This document shows, piece by piece, positions 1-8,787 of a DNA stretch of 64,000 nt; positions within the stretch are counted from its first letter, which is position 1; every line of letters begins with the position of its first letter. The translations under genes were made by a program, and so were the position numbers. The stretch is from the IMG/VR virus record IMGVR_UViG_3300025121_000013. One strand, 5' to 3'. This DNA is from a virus. Its lineage: Duplodnaviria; Caudoviricetes. Below the pieces are notes generated by a model. That model did not search any database, had not been told where the DNA came from, and worked only from the letters and a program-made list of their open reading frames with translations.

Positions 1-24
1 TTTCTTCAAGGGATCAAATAATCT

Positions 25-291
25 ATGGTTTCGTTTAAAGAAATGGAGGCTGGTGTGTACAGAGAAGAAGGTATTATGGTTGTTAGAAGGCATAAAGAAA
101 CATTTGAAGAAATGATGAGGCGCTTCAAAAAGAAGTATTCAAAAAGTGGTATCTTACAAGATTTGAAAAAGGTTATGTTTTTTGAAAAAGATTCTGTCCG
201 TAAACGTCGTAAGCGTTCTGTATCTGAAAAAAGGCGCAAGAAGGAACTTGAAAAAATTTATGAATCAAAAGAAAGAAAGGAATCAAAATAA
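25..291 (+). CDS. rpsU: Ribosomal protein bS21, phage-encoded (alternative start ATG at 76)
   Basis: FEEMMRRFKKKYSKSGILQDLKKVMFFEKDSVRKRRKR matches the bS21 pattern (ALRRFK..V.K.G...E.....YEKPS..RK.K); small and basic. Confidence 0.85.
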   Translation: MVSFKEMEAGVYREEGIMVVRRHKETFEEMMRRFKKKYSKSGILQDLKKVMFFEKDSVRKRRKRSVSEKRRKKELEKIYESKERKESK

Positions 292-292
292 C

Positions 293-574
293 ATGAATAT
301 TAAAGCGGGTTTTGATAAAGTGATTGTTAAGCCTTTTGAGGTCGAAAATAAAGTGGGTTCAATAATTCTTTCAGCGACAACCACTCCTCCTCAATCTTAT
401 GGAAAGGTTTTATCAATTGGTAAAGATGTAAAAACTGATGTTAAGATTGGCGAGGTTGCAATTTTTGCAAGATTCGCAGGGCAAACAATTGTAGTTGGAA
501 AAGAAGAATATCGGGTTCTTATGGATGGAGAAATTTATGGAGTTTTAGAAAACATCGAATCTTTAAATGGTTAA
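293..574 (+). CDS. groES: Co-chaperonin GroES; start reassigned to ATG 293, just after the rpsU stop
   Basis: DKVIVKP...GSIIL...GKVLSIG...VKIGEVAIFARFAGQTIVVGKEEYRVLMDGEIYGV is a typical Cpn10 sequence. Confidence 0.9.
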   Translation: MNIKAGFDKVIVKPFEVENKVGSIILSATTTPPQSYGKVLSIGKDVKTDVKIGEVAIFARFAGQTIVVGKEEYRVLMDGEIYGVLENIESLNG

Positions 575-585
575 GGATACAAAAA

Positions 586-1227
586 ATGAAAAAGGGTCTT
601 GATCATATCATTGTGGTTATAGACAAAAGTGGGTCTATGGATGTTGCTAAAAATGAAACGATTACCGGGTTTAATAAATTCATTGAGGAACAAAAGAATT
701 TAAAAGATCGAAACGCTTTTATCACAGTGATTCAATTTAATACAGATTATAATTTTTATTGCAAGAATATTCCTATCAACGAAGTGAAAGATCTTAATGA
801 AAGTGCCTATAGACCTTATGGGTTCACTGCATATTTCGACGCTTTAGGAAAAGCGATTGATGAAACAGGAATTTATTTAGATGGCTTGACAGAAGATGAA
901 AAGCCAGAAAATGTAATTATGGTTTCAATAACTGACGGGCAAGAAAATGCCTCAAAAGAATATAATTCTGAAAAAATTAAAAATATGATTAAACATCAAC
1001 AAGATAAATATTTGTGGAAATTTATATTTTTATCAGCCGGTGAAGAAGCTTTTAAGACTATTAAATCCCTCAATATAGATCCATCTTTTACTTATAAATT
1101 TGATAATGGCGCTAGAGGAATTAATTCTTCTTATTTATCTATGTCCATGGGGACAACTTGTATGAGAACATCTTGCTACAACAAAAAAGATATTCTAGAT
1201 AAAACTGGGCAAAAAGAAAGCGATTAA
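586..1227 (+). CDS. vWA domain protein
   Basis: MIDAS motif IDKSGS, T..DA (FTAYFDA) and ITDGQENAS. Confidence 0.85.
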   Translation: MKKGLDHIIVVIDKSGSMDVAKNETITGFNKFIEEQKNLKDRNAFITVIQFNTDYNFYCKNIPINEVKDLNESAYRPYGFTAYFDALGKAIDETGIYLDGLTEDEKPENVIMVSITDGQENASKEYNSEKIKNMIKHQQDKYLWKFIFLSAGEEAFKTIKSLNIDPSFTYKFDNGARGINSSYLSMSMGTTCMRTSCYNKKDILDKTGQKESD

Positions 1228-1229
1228 GA

Positions 1230-2018
1230 ATGAATTTAACTTTTATTAATGCCACAACAATTTCAGATTTGTGGTTTCAAGCAATTTATTCAATTATTGA
1301 TAATGGAAAAAGATTTAAGATTGATGAAGGCTCATACGCTGGACAAATGAGATTGGAGTTTGATTATTTTATCGGCCAAATTAAATGTCCATGGGGTGAA
1401 CCAATTCTTCCTGTAATTCCTCCGGGTTTAGACATCCCTCCACCTGTGGAAAATGATTATATTTTTGGTGGAAAAAATTATGATAGATCATATATTGAAT
1501 ATTTAATGACACCGACAAAAATGGCAAATGAATCATATACTTATGGTGAAAGATTAACACAATACAATGTATCAGAATTTATAAAAGAAAAGAGAGATGA
1601 AAAAAAGCATGAAATCGTCAATGTTGAAAAATATGATGATAAGATTTTATTGGCTGATAATTCAAATTTGTTCATCAATCAGATAGAATATGTTATAAAT
1701 AAATATAAGACCTCAGGACATAGAAATAATCAATTGATTTTACAGGTTGGAAATCCTGATGATCTTTTGTTAGTTGATCCACCATGTCTAAGACATATTG
1801 ATACAAGAATTCAAGATAACAAACTTCATTTTTTTGTGTATTTTAGATCATGGGATTTATGGGGTGGGTTGCCAGCAAATTTAGCGGGGATACAATATTT
1901 AAAAAATTACATGTCAAATGAAATTGGGGTAGAAGATGGGGAAATGGTTGTAGAGTCAAAGGGTTTGCACATATATGGTTATGCTGAAGATCTTGTAAAA
2001 TTGAGGTGCGGAAAATAA
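1230..2018 (+). CDS. thyA: Thymidylate synthase-family enzyme (archaeal-like ThyA or dUMP-modifying paralog)
   Basis: YTYGERL, catalytic PPCL, YFRSWDLWGGLPAN, and KGLHIY (S.HIY equivalent). Confidence 0.75.
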   Translation: MNLTFINATTISDLWFQAIYSIIDNGKRFKIDEGSYAGQMRLEFDYFIGQIKCPWGEPILPVIPPGLDIPPPVENDYIFGGKNYDRSYIEYLMTPTKMANESYTYGERLTQYNVSEFIKEKRDEKKHEIVNVEKYDDKILLADNSNLFINQIEYVINKYKTSGHRNNQLILQVGNPDDLLLVDPPCLRHIDTRIQDNKLHFFVYFRSWDLWGGLPANLAGIQYLKNYMSNEIGVEDGEMVVESKGLHIYGYAEDLVKLRCGK

Positions 2019-2019
2019 A

Positions 2020-2667
2020 ATGGAAAAGACAAAGAAGATTTATGTAAATGAATTGATCGTTAGCGATAAATGGATTCTTAATAATAATGAAATAAAAACT
2101 TTGGTCAATCCAAAAACTATTTTAAAAAGTGTTGAATTTGATAAAATTGAAAGACGATCTATTTTTTGTGAAGCGATGTTTTCTTCGGAAAATGCACAAA
2201 CTCAATTTATTAGGGTCGGTGAAAATATTTTTCTAAATGGTGGGTATATCACAGCTAAAGTCGCAACAAAAAATCTAACAGAGTGGTTTATGGCAAGTCA
2301 AAATCATTTTAAAAAAAATAAGTTATTTGAATATGAATATTATAAATTCTTTGAATTAATTTCTTCTATTCCAGAAAATAAATCTTTATTTTATAGAACA
2401 AGTTATCCCGACTATTTATTCATTAAAGAAAATATGAATTCATCTTTTTTTCCGTTAACGCTTACATTTTTAGTAGAACTTTTTTCTATAAATGAAAAGA
2501 TAAGAACTAATATAGAAATTAATAAATTTGAATTGGAACTTTTAACTCAAGACTCTCCTTTTAATTTTGATCAAAATAAAATATTTCTAAGAGATAAATT
2601 TTCTTCTTATGATCCCCGTATGTATAATTTCTTTTGGATGCTTCAAAAATTGGAAATTAATCAATGA
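2020..2667 (+). CDS. Hypothetical protein in the thyA / Q-salvage operon
   Basis: 215-aa ORF tightly packed between neighbours, with an ATGA overlap at its 3' end. Confidence 0.7.
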   Translation: MEKTKKIYVNELIVSDKWILNNNEIKTLVNPKTILKSVEFDKIERRSIFCEAMFSSENAQTQFIRVGENIFLNGGYITAKVATKNLTEWFMASQNHFKKNKLFEYEYYKFFELISSIPENKSLFYRTSYPDYLFIKENMNSSFFPLTLTFLVELFSINEKIRTNIEINKFELELLTQDSPFNFDQNKIFLRDKFSSYDPRMYNFFWMLQKLEINQ

Positions 2668-3515
2668 GAAGTTTTTCAACAATTCAAAATATAATCAATT
2701 TTTCAGAAAATTTCTTAAATTCTAAAAATGATTTTATTAGAATTAATGATGAAGAATATTTTAGTTTATTAGTCTCAAAGATAAAAAACTTTAATTCTAA
2801 TTATAAAAAGATTGAGATAAATCCAAAAATCATTAAACAATTGATTTTAATGACATCCATTAATTTTTGTTATTGGTATGGAAATTCATATCATAGAATT
2901 AATAATTCTTCTTCAAGTAAATTAGGAAATATTATTTATGAAGCCATAGAAAATTCTAATGGATTAAATCATAACGGTATTATAAGAGAAATAATTTCTA
3001 AAATGGTAATGGAAAGATTTCCTTTATTAGATGAGAGAATTAGAATTTTAAAAAGTATTTCTGATTGGGATATAAATTCTATAATTAGAAATGTGACATC
3101 AACTAAAAGTTTGGAAGAAGTTTTTTCTATTTTTCTTTGTACCATTCCACATTTTGGAAATGATTTTTTTCTTAAAAAGGCATGTTTATTTTTTATCGAA
3201 TTGAATAGAATTTTTGGATTATATGAAGATGAAATAAATATGTTGATAGTTCCGGCAGATTATCAAGTCCCAAAAATCCTCCATTATTTTAATTGTTTTC
3301 AATATTCAGAATATTTAAGAAATAAGATAGATAGCGATCTTTTGATTTTACCAAATTCTAAAGAAGAAATTTCAATAAGAACAGCTACAGTTTTTTCTTG
3401 TGAACAATTGAAAAAATTAACTAATAAAAGTATCTCAGATATTGACGAATTTTTATGGGGAAATAGAGATCTTTGTAAAAATCCATTTCATTTAACAATT
3501 ACCACAGATTATTAA
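2664..3515 (+). CDS. Queuosine salvage hydrolase-like protein (DUF2419/QNG1 family)
   Basis: FLKKACL...PADYQVPKIL...YS..L...I....EEISIR.AT...DEFLW...PFHLTITTDY follows the Q_salvage pattern (FYKRAQI...FADYRVPQ.L...EVEIRA...D..LW...PFH.T.SIFY). Confidence 0.8.
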   Translation: MRSFSTIQNIINFSENFLNSKNDFIRINDEEYFSLLVSKIKNFNSNYKKIEINPKIIKQLILMTSINFCYWYGNSYHRINNSSSSKLGNIIYEAIENSNGLNHNGIIREIISKMVMERFPLLDERIRILKSISDWDINSIIRNVTSTKSLEEVFSIFLCTIPHFGNDFFLKKACLFFIELNRIFGLYEDEINMLIVPADYQVPKILHYFNCFQYSEYLRNKIDSDLLILPNSKEEISIRTATVFSCEQLKKLTNKSISDIDEFLWGNRDLCKNPFHLTITTDY

Positions 3516-3562
3516 CATAAAGTTTTAAATGAGTCCATCGGTAACAAAACATAAAAAGGTGA

Positions 3563-4951
3563 ATGTCAATGAGTCAAAAGAAAAGTGGATTCATTTTAGC
3601 TGGAGGGGAAACTTTAAATTCCATTTGTGATAGATATTTAAAAAGTGAAGGCGAGGATTATATTACAAGAGAAGGAATTAATTCTATGTTAAATAAATCT
3701 ATCTCTGGAGTTTTACATTCTTTCGGTGAGGCTTTTGAAAAGAGAAGAAATATAAACACTCATATTAAATCTCATAGAAAAATTTTTCAGTCTATGATAG
3801 ATACAAAAATTTTAGATGGAATTAATATATTTTGTGACTCTGGAGGATTTCAAGCTTCCATAGGAAGGCTCGAAAAAGAATCCACTGATGATTTAATTCA
3901 GGCATATCATAAATTTTTAAGAGAAGAACATAATCTTATTGATAGGGCTTTTGTATTAGATTTGCCCCCAGGCCCAGGGTGCAAAATATTTCATTCTTTT
4001 GAAGAGATATATGAAAAGAATTTAGAAACATATAAAATGGCTTCTGAATTCCCTGATGAAATTAGATCTAAAATGATTTATATTCATCATTTTAGAACAC
4101 CAAAATTATGGAATATATTTAATAGAATTCTTTTTGAAAATGATTTGTTTGAAAAGTTTTCACATTTTGCAACAGGGGGAATTGTCGCAAATACAAAAGG
4201 AGATAGTAATATACCTTGCATAATTTATGTTTTGCCTTTAATTCCCCTTTTAATACAATGTAAAAAAAGAAATATTAAAAAATTAGATTTTCATATTTTA
4301 GGAGGCGCTACATTTAGGGATTTATTTTTTTATGAGATATTAGAAAAACATATAAAAGAAGTTCATGATATTCAAGTGAATTTTACGTTTGATTCTTCCA
4401 GTCTATTTAAAGGGTTGATGATAGGAAGATTTATTGTAATAATTGAAGAAGATGGAACTTTTAGAAAATTAGATTTGAGAAGTTCTTTATTAGATTTGAG
4501 ATTTAAGGGAAAAGAAACTCATAGAACAACATATTTAAAACATTTAAATAAGATGGCTCAGAAATATAATTTTAAACCATTAAATTTAACTGAGCCATAT
4601 TCTAAAGAAACAGGAACTTTTTTTCCAATATTTTCAGTTTATACAATGTTATTTATGCTTGATCAGTTTTCTGAATGTCAAACGATGTTTTCAAAATCCG
4701 CTACAAATTTTTATGAATTATATAAAATGGATAAGATTGAAGAGTTAAATTTTGAAACCAATGAAATTACAAAAAAAATAAACAAAGGAAATATTACAAG
4801 AAAACAAACTGCAAAAAACTTTGGGCTTATAAATTCATTAAAAATAATTACCGAACTAAATTATGATTATTGTGAATATATTGTTAACAAATGTTTATCG
4901 AAAGATGAGTTCATCAATTTATCCGATAGAAAGAAAATTCTAACGTTTTAA
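3563..4951 (+). CDS. tRNA-guanine transglycosylase-fold protein (TGT/DpdA-like)
   Basis: DSGGFQ signature, then VLD, ATGG, HILGG and FDSS in the TGT barrel order; no C-terminal CxCxxC-H zinc motif seen. Confidence 0.75.
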   Translation: MSMSQKKSGFILAGGETLNSICDRYLKSEGEDYITREGINSMLNKSISGVLHSFGEAFEKRRNINTHIKSHRKIFQSMIDTKILDGINIFCDSGGFQASIGRLEKESTDDLIQAYHKFLREEHNLIDRAFVLDLPPGPGCKIFHSFEEIYEKNLETYKMASEFPDEIRSKMIYIHHFRTPKLWNIFNRILFENDLFEKFSHFATGGIVANTKGDSNIPCIIYVLPLIPLLIQCKKRNIKKLDFHILGGATFRDLFFYEILEKHIKEVHDIQVNFTFDSSSLFKGLMIGRFIVIIEEDGTFRKLDLRSSLLDLRFKGKETHRTTYLKHLNKMAQKYNFKPLNLTEPYSKETGTFFPIFSVYTMLFMLDQFSECQTMFSKSATNFYELYKMDKIEELNFETNEITKKINKGNITRKQTAKNFGLINSLKIITELNYDYCEYIVNKCLSKDEFINLSDRKKILTF

Positions 4952-4970
4952 TTTTTAATGGGAGGTTTAT

Positions 4971-6452
4971 GTGATTACAGAATCCTTTTTGGAATCTTGC
5001 TTTTCTATGATTCTTTCTGAATCTTCGAAAATCAAGAAGACAAAAGTTTTGTATCGAGATATATTAGAAATTATCACGTTTTATGAAAAAAGTAAAGAGA
5101 TTAGTATTCCTATCAATATTCAACAAAAAACAGATCTTTTGAAAAAAATTACAGAATTACTTTCTTCAGATAAATCTTTAAATGAATCTATAGATAGCAT
5201 TTTATATAGCGAAAAGTATAAACAATTTTCTGAATATATTGATAATAAAAGAAAAGAAAAATTAAATAGTGGAGAATGGGATAGTATTATTAATCAAATA
5301 CGTTTAAGAAAAAAAATAAATGCGTTATTTAAAAATTTCGATTATTTAAATAATGTAATTGAAACTATAAAAGATGGAACATTTGATAGTTTAGATGATG
5401 CAGTTTTAGATTATGAAAATATGGTTAGAATTTTATTTTCAAATATGATGGATAATAATAGATCGATTTCTTTAGAGGCCGCTTCTTCTTTAGATTTAAA
5501 GAAAGATGATTTTGACGATGTTCTTTCTATGATCATAAAAAAATATGAAAGAAAAAATGTAACCCCAACTGGATTTCCTTTATTTGACAGAGAGGTATTT
5601 AATGGTGGGTTTGAGCCATCGAGATTATATCTTTTTGCTGGCGGGTCAGGCTCAGGAAAATCGACACTTTTATTAAATTTAATTACAAATAGTTCTACGA
5701 ACAATTATTTAAAATTAGTTAATAAAGATGAAAAGCCAAGAGATATTCCAAACGTATATGTTTATATTACAATGGAAAATACAATTGAAGAATCTTTACT
5801 TAGATTGTATATGCAACTTTTTAATAAGACAATTCTTGATTCTCTTGAAGATATAAAAAATCATATAGATATAAAGAAAGAAATTTTAAGATATTTAAAT
5901 ATTACAAATTCCACAATTATAATGAAATATTTTCCCCCAATGTCTATAAGTGCATCGGATATTATGGTCGTTTTAGATGATGCGATAAATGAATATGGAA
6001 AGGACTCTATAAAAGGTCTTTATGTTGATTATTTAGACCTTTTAAAACTTGATGTAAAATATGATATTTATCGTTTAGAATTAGGACATATAACTTTATC
6101 TTTAAAAACTATCGCTGTTCATTATAATATTCCCGTTATAACCGCTTCACAATTGGGAAGGGCTTCATACAGAATAAGTAAAGCGTCAGAATTGAATATC
6201 GACCAAATCGGAGAATCTATTAAAAAGGTTGAACATGCAGATTTCGTTTGTTTAATGGCTAGAAATCTTTTTAATCAAGATATTGTTCATGGAAAGGTTG
6301 GAAAGAATAGAGGCGGAAAATCAAATGTCGATATTCAGTTTAAGGTAGATTTTCAAATATATAAATTTATCAGCGCATCTAAAGAATCTGTTATGAAGGA
6401 TGGAAACATAAGTGAATCAGCAAAGTTCAATACAATCAAATCTGGTTTTTAA
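4971..6452 (+). CDS. Replicative DNA helicase (DnaB/T4 gp41-like)
   Basis: TPTGF..FD...GG, Walker A AGGSGSGKS, YITME, Walker B VDYLD, TASQLGR, ESIKKVEHADF and KNRGG. Confidence 0.9.
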   Translation: MITESFLESCFSMILSESSKIKKTKVLYRDILEIITFYEKSKEISIPINIQQKTDLLKKITELLSSDKSLNESIDSILYSEKYKQFSEYIDNKRKEKLNSGEWDSIINQIRLRKKINALFKNFDYLNNVIETIKDGTFDSLDDAVLDYENMVRILFSNMMDNNRSISLEAASSLDLKKDDFDDVLSMIIKKYERKNVTPTGFPLFDREVFNGGFEPSRLYLFAGGSGSGKSTLLLNLITNSSTNNYLKLVNKDEKPRDIPNVYVYITMENTIEESLLRLYMQLFNKTILDSLEDIKNHIDIKKEILRYLNITNSTIIMKYFPPMSISASDIMVVLDDAINEYGKDSIKGLYVDYLDLLKLDVKYDIYRLELGHITLSLKTIAVHYNIPVITASQLGRASYRISKASELNIDQIGESIKKVEHADFVCLMARNLFNQDIVHGKVGKNRGGKSNVDIQFKVDFQIYKFISASKESVMKDGNISESAKFNTIKSGF

Positions 6453-6471
6453 GATCTGATCTTAAGATTTT
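6448..6471. repeat. Intergenic 24-mer TTTAAGATCTGATCTTAAGATTTT, copy 1
   Basis: Identical to 14091-14114; both copies precede head genes. Confidence 0.85.
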
Positions 6472-6543
6472 GTGAAATATTTTTATGAACAAAATCTAAA
6501 TTGATGGTGTTTTATTTTTAACAATATCTTTGGAGGTAGGGAA

Positions 6544-7338
6544 ATGTCTAAAAGAATGTCTTATCTTGAACTTTTAAGAGAGGCTGTAAATGGTGATATT
6601 GAAACTGTGACGAAGTTTGTTGATACGAAAGGCCCAATGGTTGAGCCTATCTTGTCTTATCGTGGTGAAGGGGAAATGTCCACTCATAAGGATGCCGCTT
6701 CAATTCTTGAAAGATATTATTATAATGAAAATGAGGAGCCTTATATCCAGGTTGAGGATGAGCCAATTGATAATCCTATTTCAACCGTCCCTGAAGAGAA
6801 TCCCGAAGAGACAAAAAATGATATTGAGCAGGCTTTAACTGAGGCTGAGGAAGAGGGTGGAGAAGAGGAAAAAGAAGACAAAGACGAAGATGAAAAAGAA
6901 GAAGATGAAGAGACTGATGAAAAAGAAGAGGACGAAGATAAGAAAGAAGTGACAACCGAAAGTATGGAAAGAACTATTATTGAGAGACTCATCTCTGAAA
7001 TGGAGTCTGAGTCTGAAGAGGATGAAAAGGGTGAGGGAAGTGAAGGAGAAAAGGAAACTGAGACAGGAACAGAAGCAGCCGGTCTTGGAGATGGAAAAGA
7101 AGTTTTAGCAGAGGAAGATGATGAGGAAAATATGGATAAGGAAGATGAAGACGAGAATGATATAGAAGACGAAGATGAGGATGAAGACGAAGATGAAAGC
7201 AAAGTGGATGAGTTTGATGTTGATAATAAAATCTCTGAAGGATTTCCAATAGGTCCGATTTCTAACAGAGAAGAGAAAGATCTTCAAGAAACCTTTAAGA
7301 TTTTTATGGATGAAATAAAGGTTTACAGAAAGAAATAA
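6544..7338 (+). CDS. Highly acidic protein, possibly a prohead core or internal head protein
   Basis: GGAGG RBS; long E/D-rich tracts; lies just upstream of the head module. Confidence 0.6.
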   Translation: MSKRMSYLELLREAVNGDIETVTKFVDTKGPMVEPILSYRGEGEMSTHKDAASILERYYYNENEEPYIQVEDEPIDNPISTVPEENPEETKNDIEQALTEAEEEGGEEEKEDKDEDEKEEDEETDEKEEDEDKKEVTTESMERTIIERLISEMESESEEDEKGEGSEGEKETETGTEAAGLGDGKEVLAEEDDEENMDKEDEDENDIEDEDEDEDEDESKVDEFDVDNKISEGFPIGPISNREEKDLQETFKIFMDEIKVYRKK

Positions 7339-7378
7339 AAAGTCAAAGAAAAGCTTCAACGTAAGGAAAAATACTAAA

Positions 7379-7417
7379 CCCCATTGACCTATGTTATAAA
7401 GATATAGGTCAATGGGG
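7379..7417 (+). terminator. Rho-independent terminator
   Basis: 14-bp perfect stem CCCCATTGACCTAT/ATAGGTCAATGGGG followed by TTTCTTTT. Confidence 0.75.
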
Positions 7418-7446
7418 GTTTCTTTTCAATGAAAGAGAGAATTGAA

Positions 7447-7842
7447 ATGTCAGAGAAAAAGAAAATCTATTTAGCTGGACCGTATTCTCATAAAGAAAAA
7501 GAAATTAGAAATAAAAGATTTGAAGATTTAAATAAAATTTCTGGAATTTTAATTTTAATGGGATATCATGTTTTTAGTCCAATATCTCATTCTCATCCAA
7601 TTGCTGAATCGGTTGAATTACCTACTGAGTTTGATTTTTGGTGTGAATATGATACGTGCTTTATTAATTGGTCTGATGGGATTTTTGTTTATTGTAATGA
7701 TGGATGGAAAATAAGTAAAGGAGTTACAAAAGAGATCGAAATTGGAAAATCTTTAGATAAACCAATATATTATATTTATCCAGAGAATGTGGATTTCGAA
7801 AGAAAAAATCTTTTGGCATTTGTATCGCCACCTTTAAAATAA
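7447..7842 (+). CDS. Nucleoside 2-deoxyribosyltransferase-fold protein (DUF1937-like)
   Basis: IYLAGPYS...VFSP...D.......SDGI....GW..SKGV..EI......KPI. Confidence 0.7.
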   Translation: MSEKKKIYLAGPYSHKEKEIRNKRFEDLNKISGILILMGYHVFSPISHSHPIAESVELPTEFDFWCEYDTCFINWSDGIFVYCNDGWKISKGVTKEIEIGKSLDKPIYYIYPENVDFERKNLLAFVSPPLK

Positions 7843-7853
7843 AAGAGGATACT

Positions 7854-8787
7854 ATGAAAGTTATAACCGTTACAAATCATTCAATTTTAAAAGTTTCTGG
7901 AAAAGTCTTTAGAACTCCAGCAGTTTTCACAATCCACGAAAAAGAGTTGCCATCAGTTTTACTTCAATTAAAACAAAATTCATGTGAATATTTTATTAAC
8001 GAAAAATCTCCAAGGGAAATTAAAAAAGAAAAATTCTCTAAGATTGAAATTACTGATAATAGTATAATTGAAGAGATTGAGGAAACAAAGGAAGGAAAAT
8101 AAATATTATGTATTATACAATTTCAATTTTTTGTAAAGATAAAAATGAACCAATCATTCTAAATATTGAAGAAGAATTAAAAGATGAAGACTTAATCAAA
8201 ATTCAAAACATGTTCACTCAAACAAATATCGTTAGGATAAAGTTAGAGAAAGAAGAAATTCTTATTCGACCCTCAACGATTTTGGCTATTCATATTAAGA
8301 ATAATTTAGAAACAATAAGAGAGATATAAAAATGGAATATCTATTTTTTTATTTAGGATTTATGTTATTTCTTGTTGTAATATCTTTTATTGGGATAAGG
8401 ATTTTAGTTAATTTTTTACATGATAAAAACATCCATCAAAGAATTATGACGTTTGAAACATATATGGTCGTTTTAGAATATCATTTACAAAAGGCGTATA
8501 AAACTATACATAAAGATAATATATTAATTTATTCAATCTCAGCAGTTTATCACAGCGAAAAAGAAATAGATGAGTTAGCTAAAAAATTTGTTAAATTATC
8601 ATATGATTTAATTGGCCCTAATTTGATAAAAGAATTTATAATTCTTTATGGGGATGAATCAACATTTTTGAAAATTGTTTTAGATTATTTTATAGAATCA
8701 TATGAAAATGATGAAATAAGAAAGACTGCAATAAATAATTTAACTAAAGATGAAAATAAAAAAGAGACTAATATTGGGGAAATATAA
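7854..8787 (+). CDS. Three hypothetical ORFs (7854-8102, 8108-8329, 8332-8787; the last has an N-terminal TM helix)
   Basis: Tightly packed, co-oriented ORFs. Confidence 0.65.

Noticed and set aside
182-292. N-terminal extension of GroES in the ORF track
   Set aside because: It overlaps rpsU out of frame; GroES homology starts at ATG 293.
6741-7359. Ser-rich and hydrophobic ORFs (6741-7202, 6989-7249, 7105-7359, and 6617-6838 on +)
   Set aside because: Shadows of the GAA/GAT-rich acidic gene.
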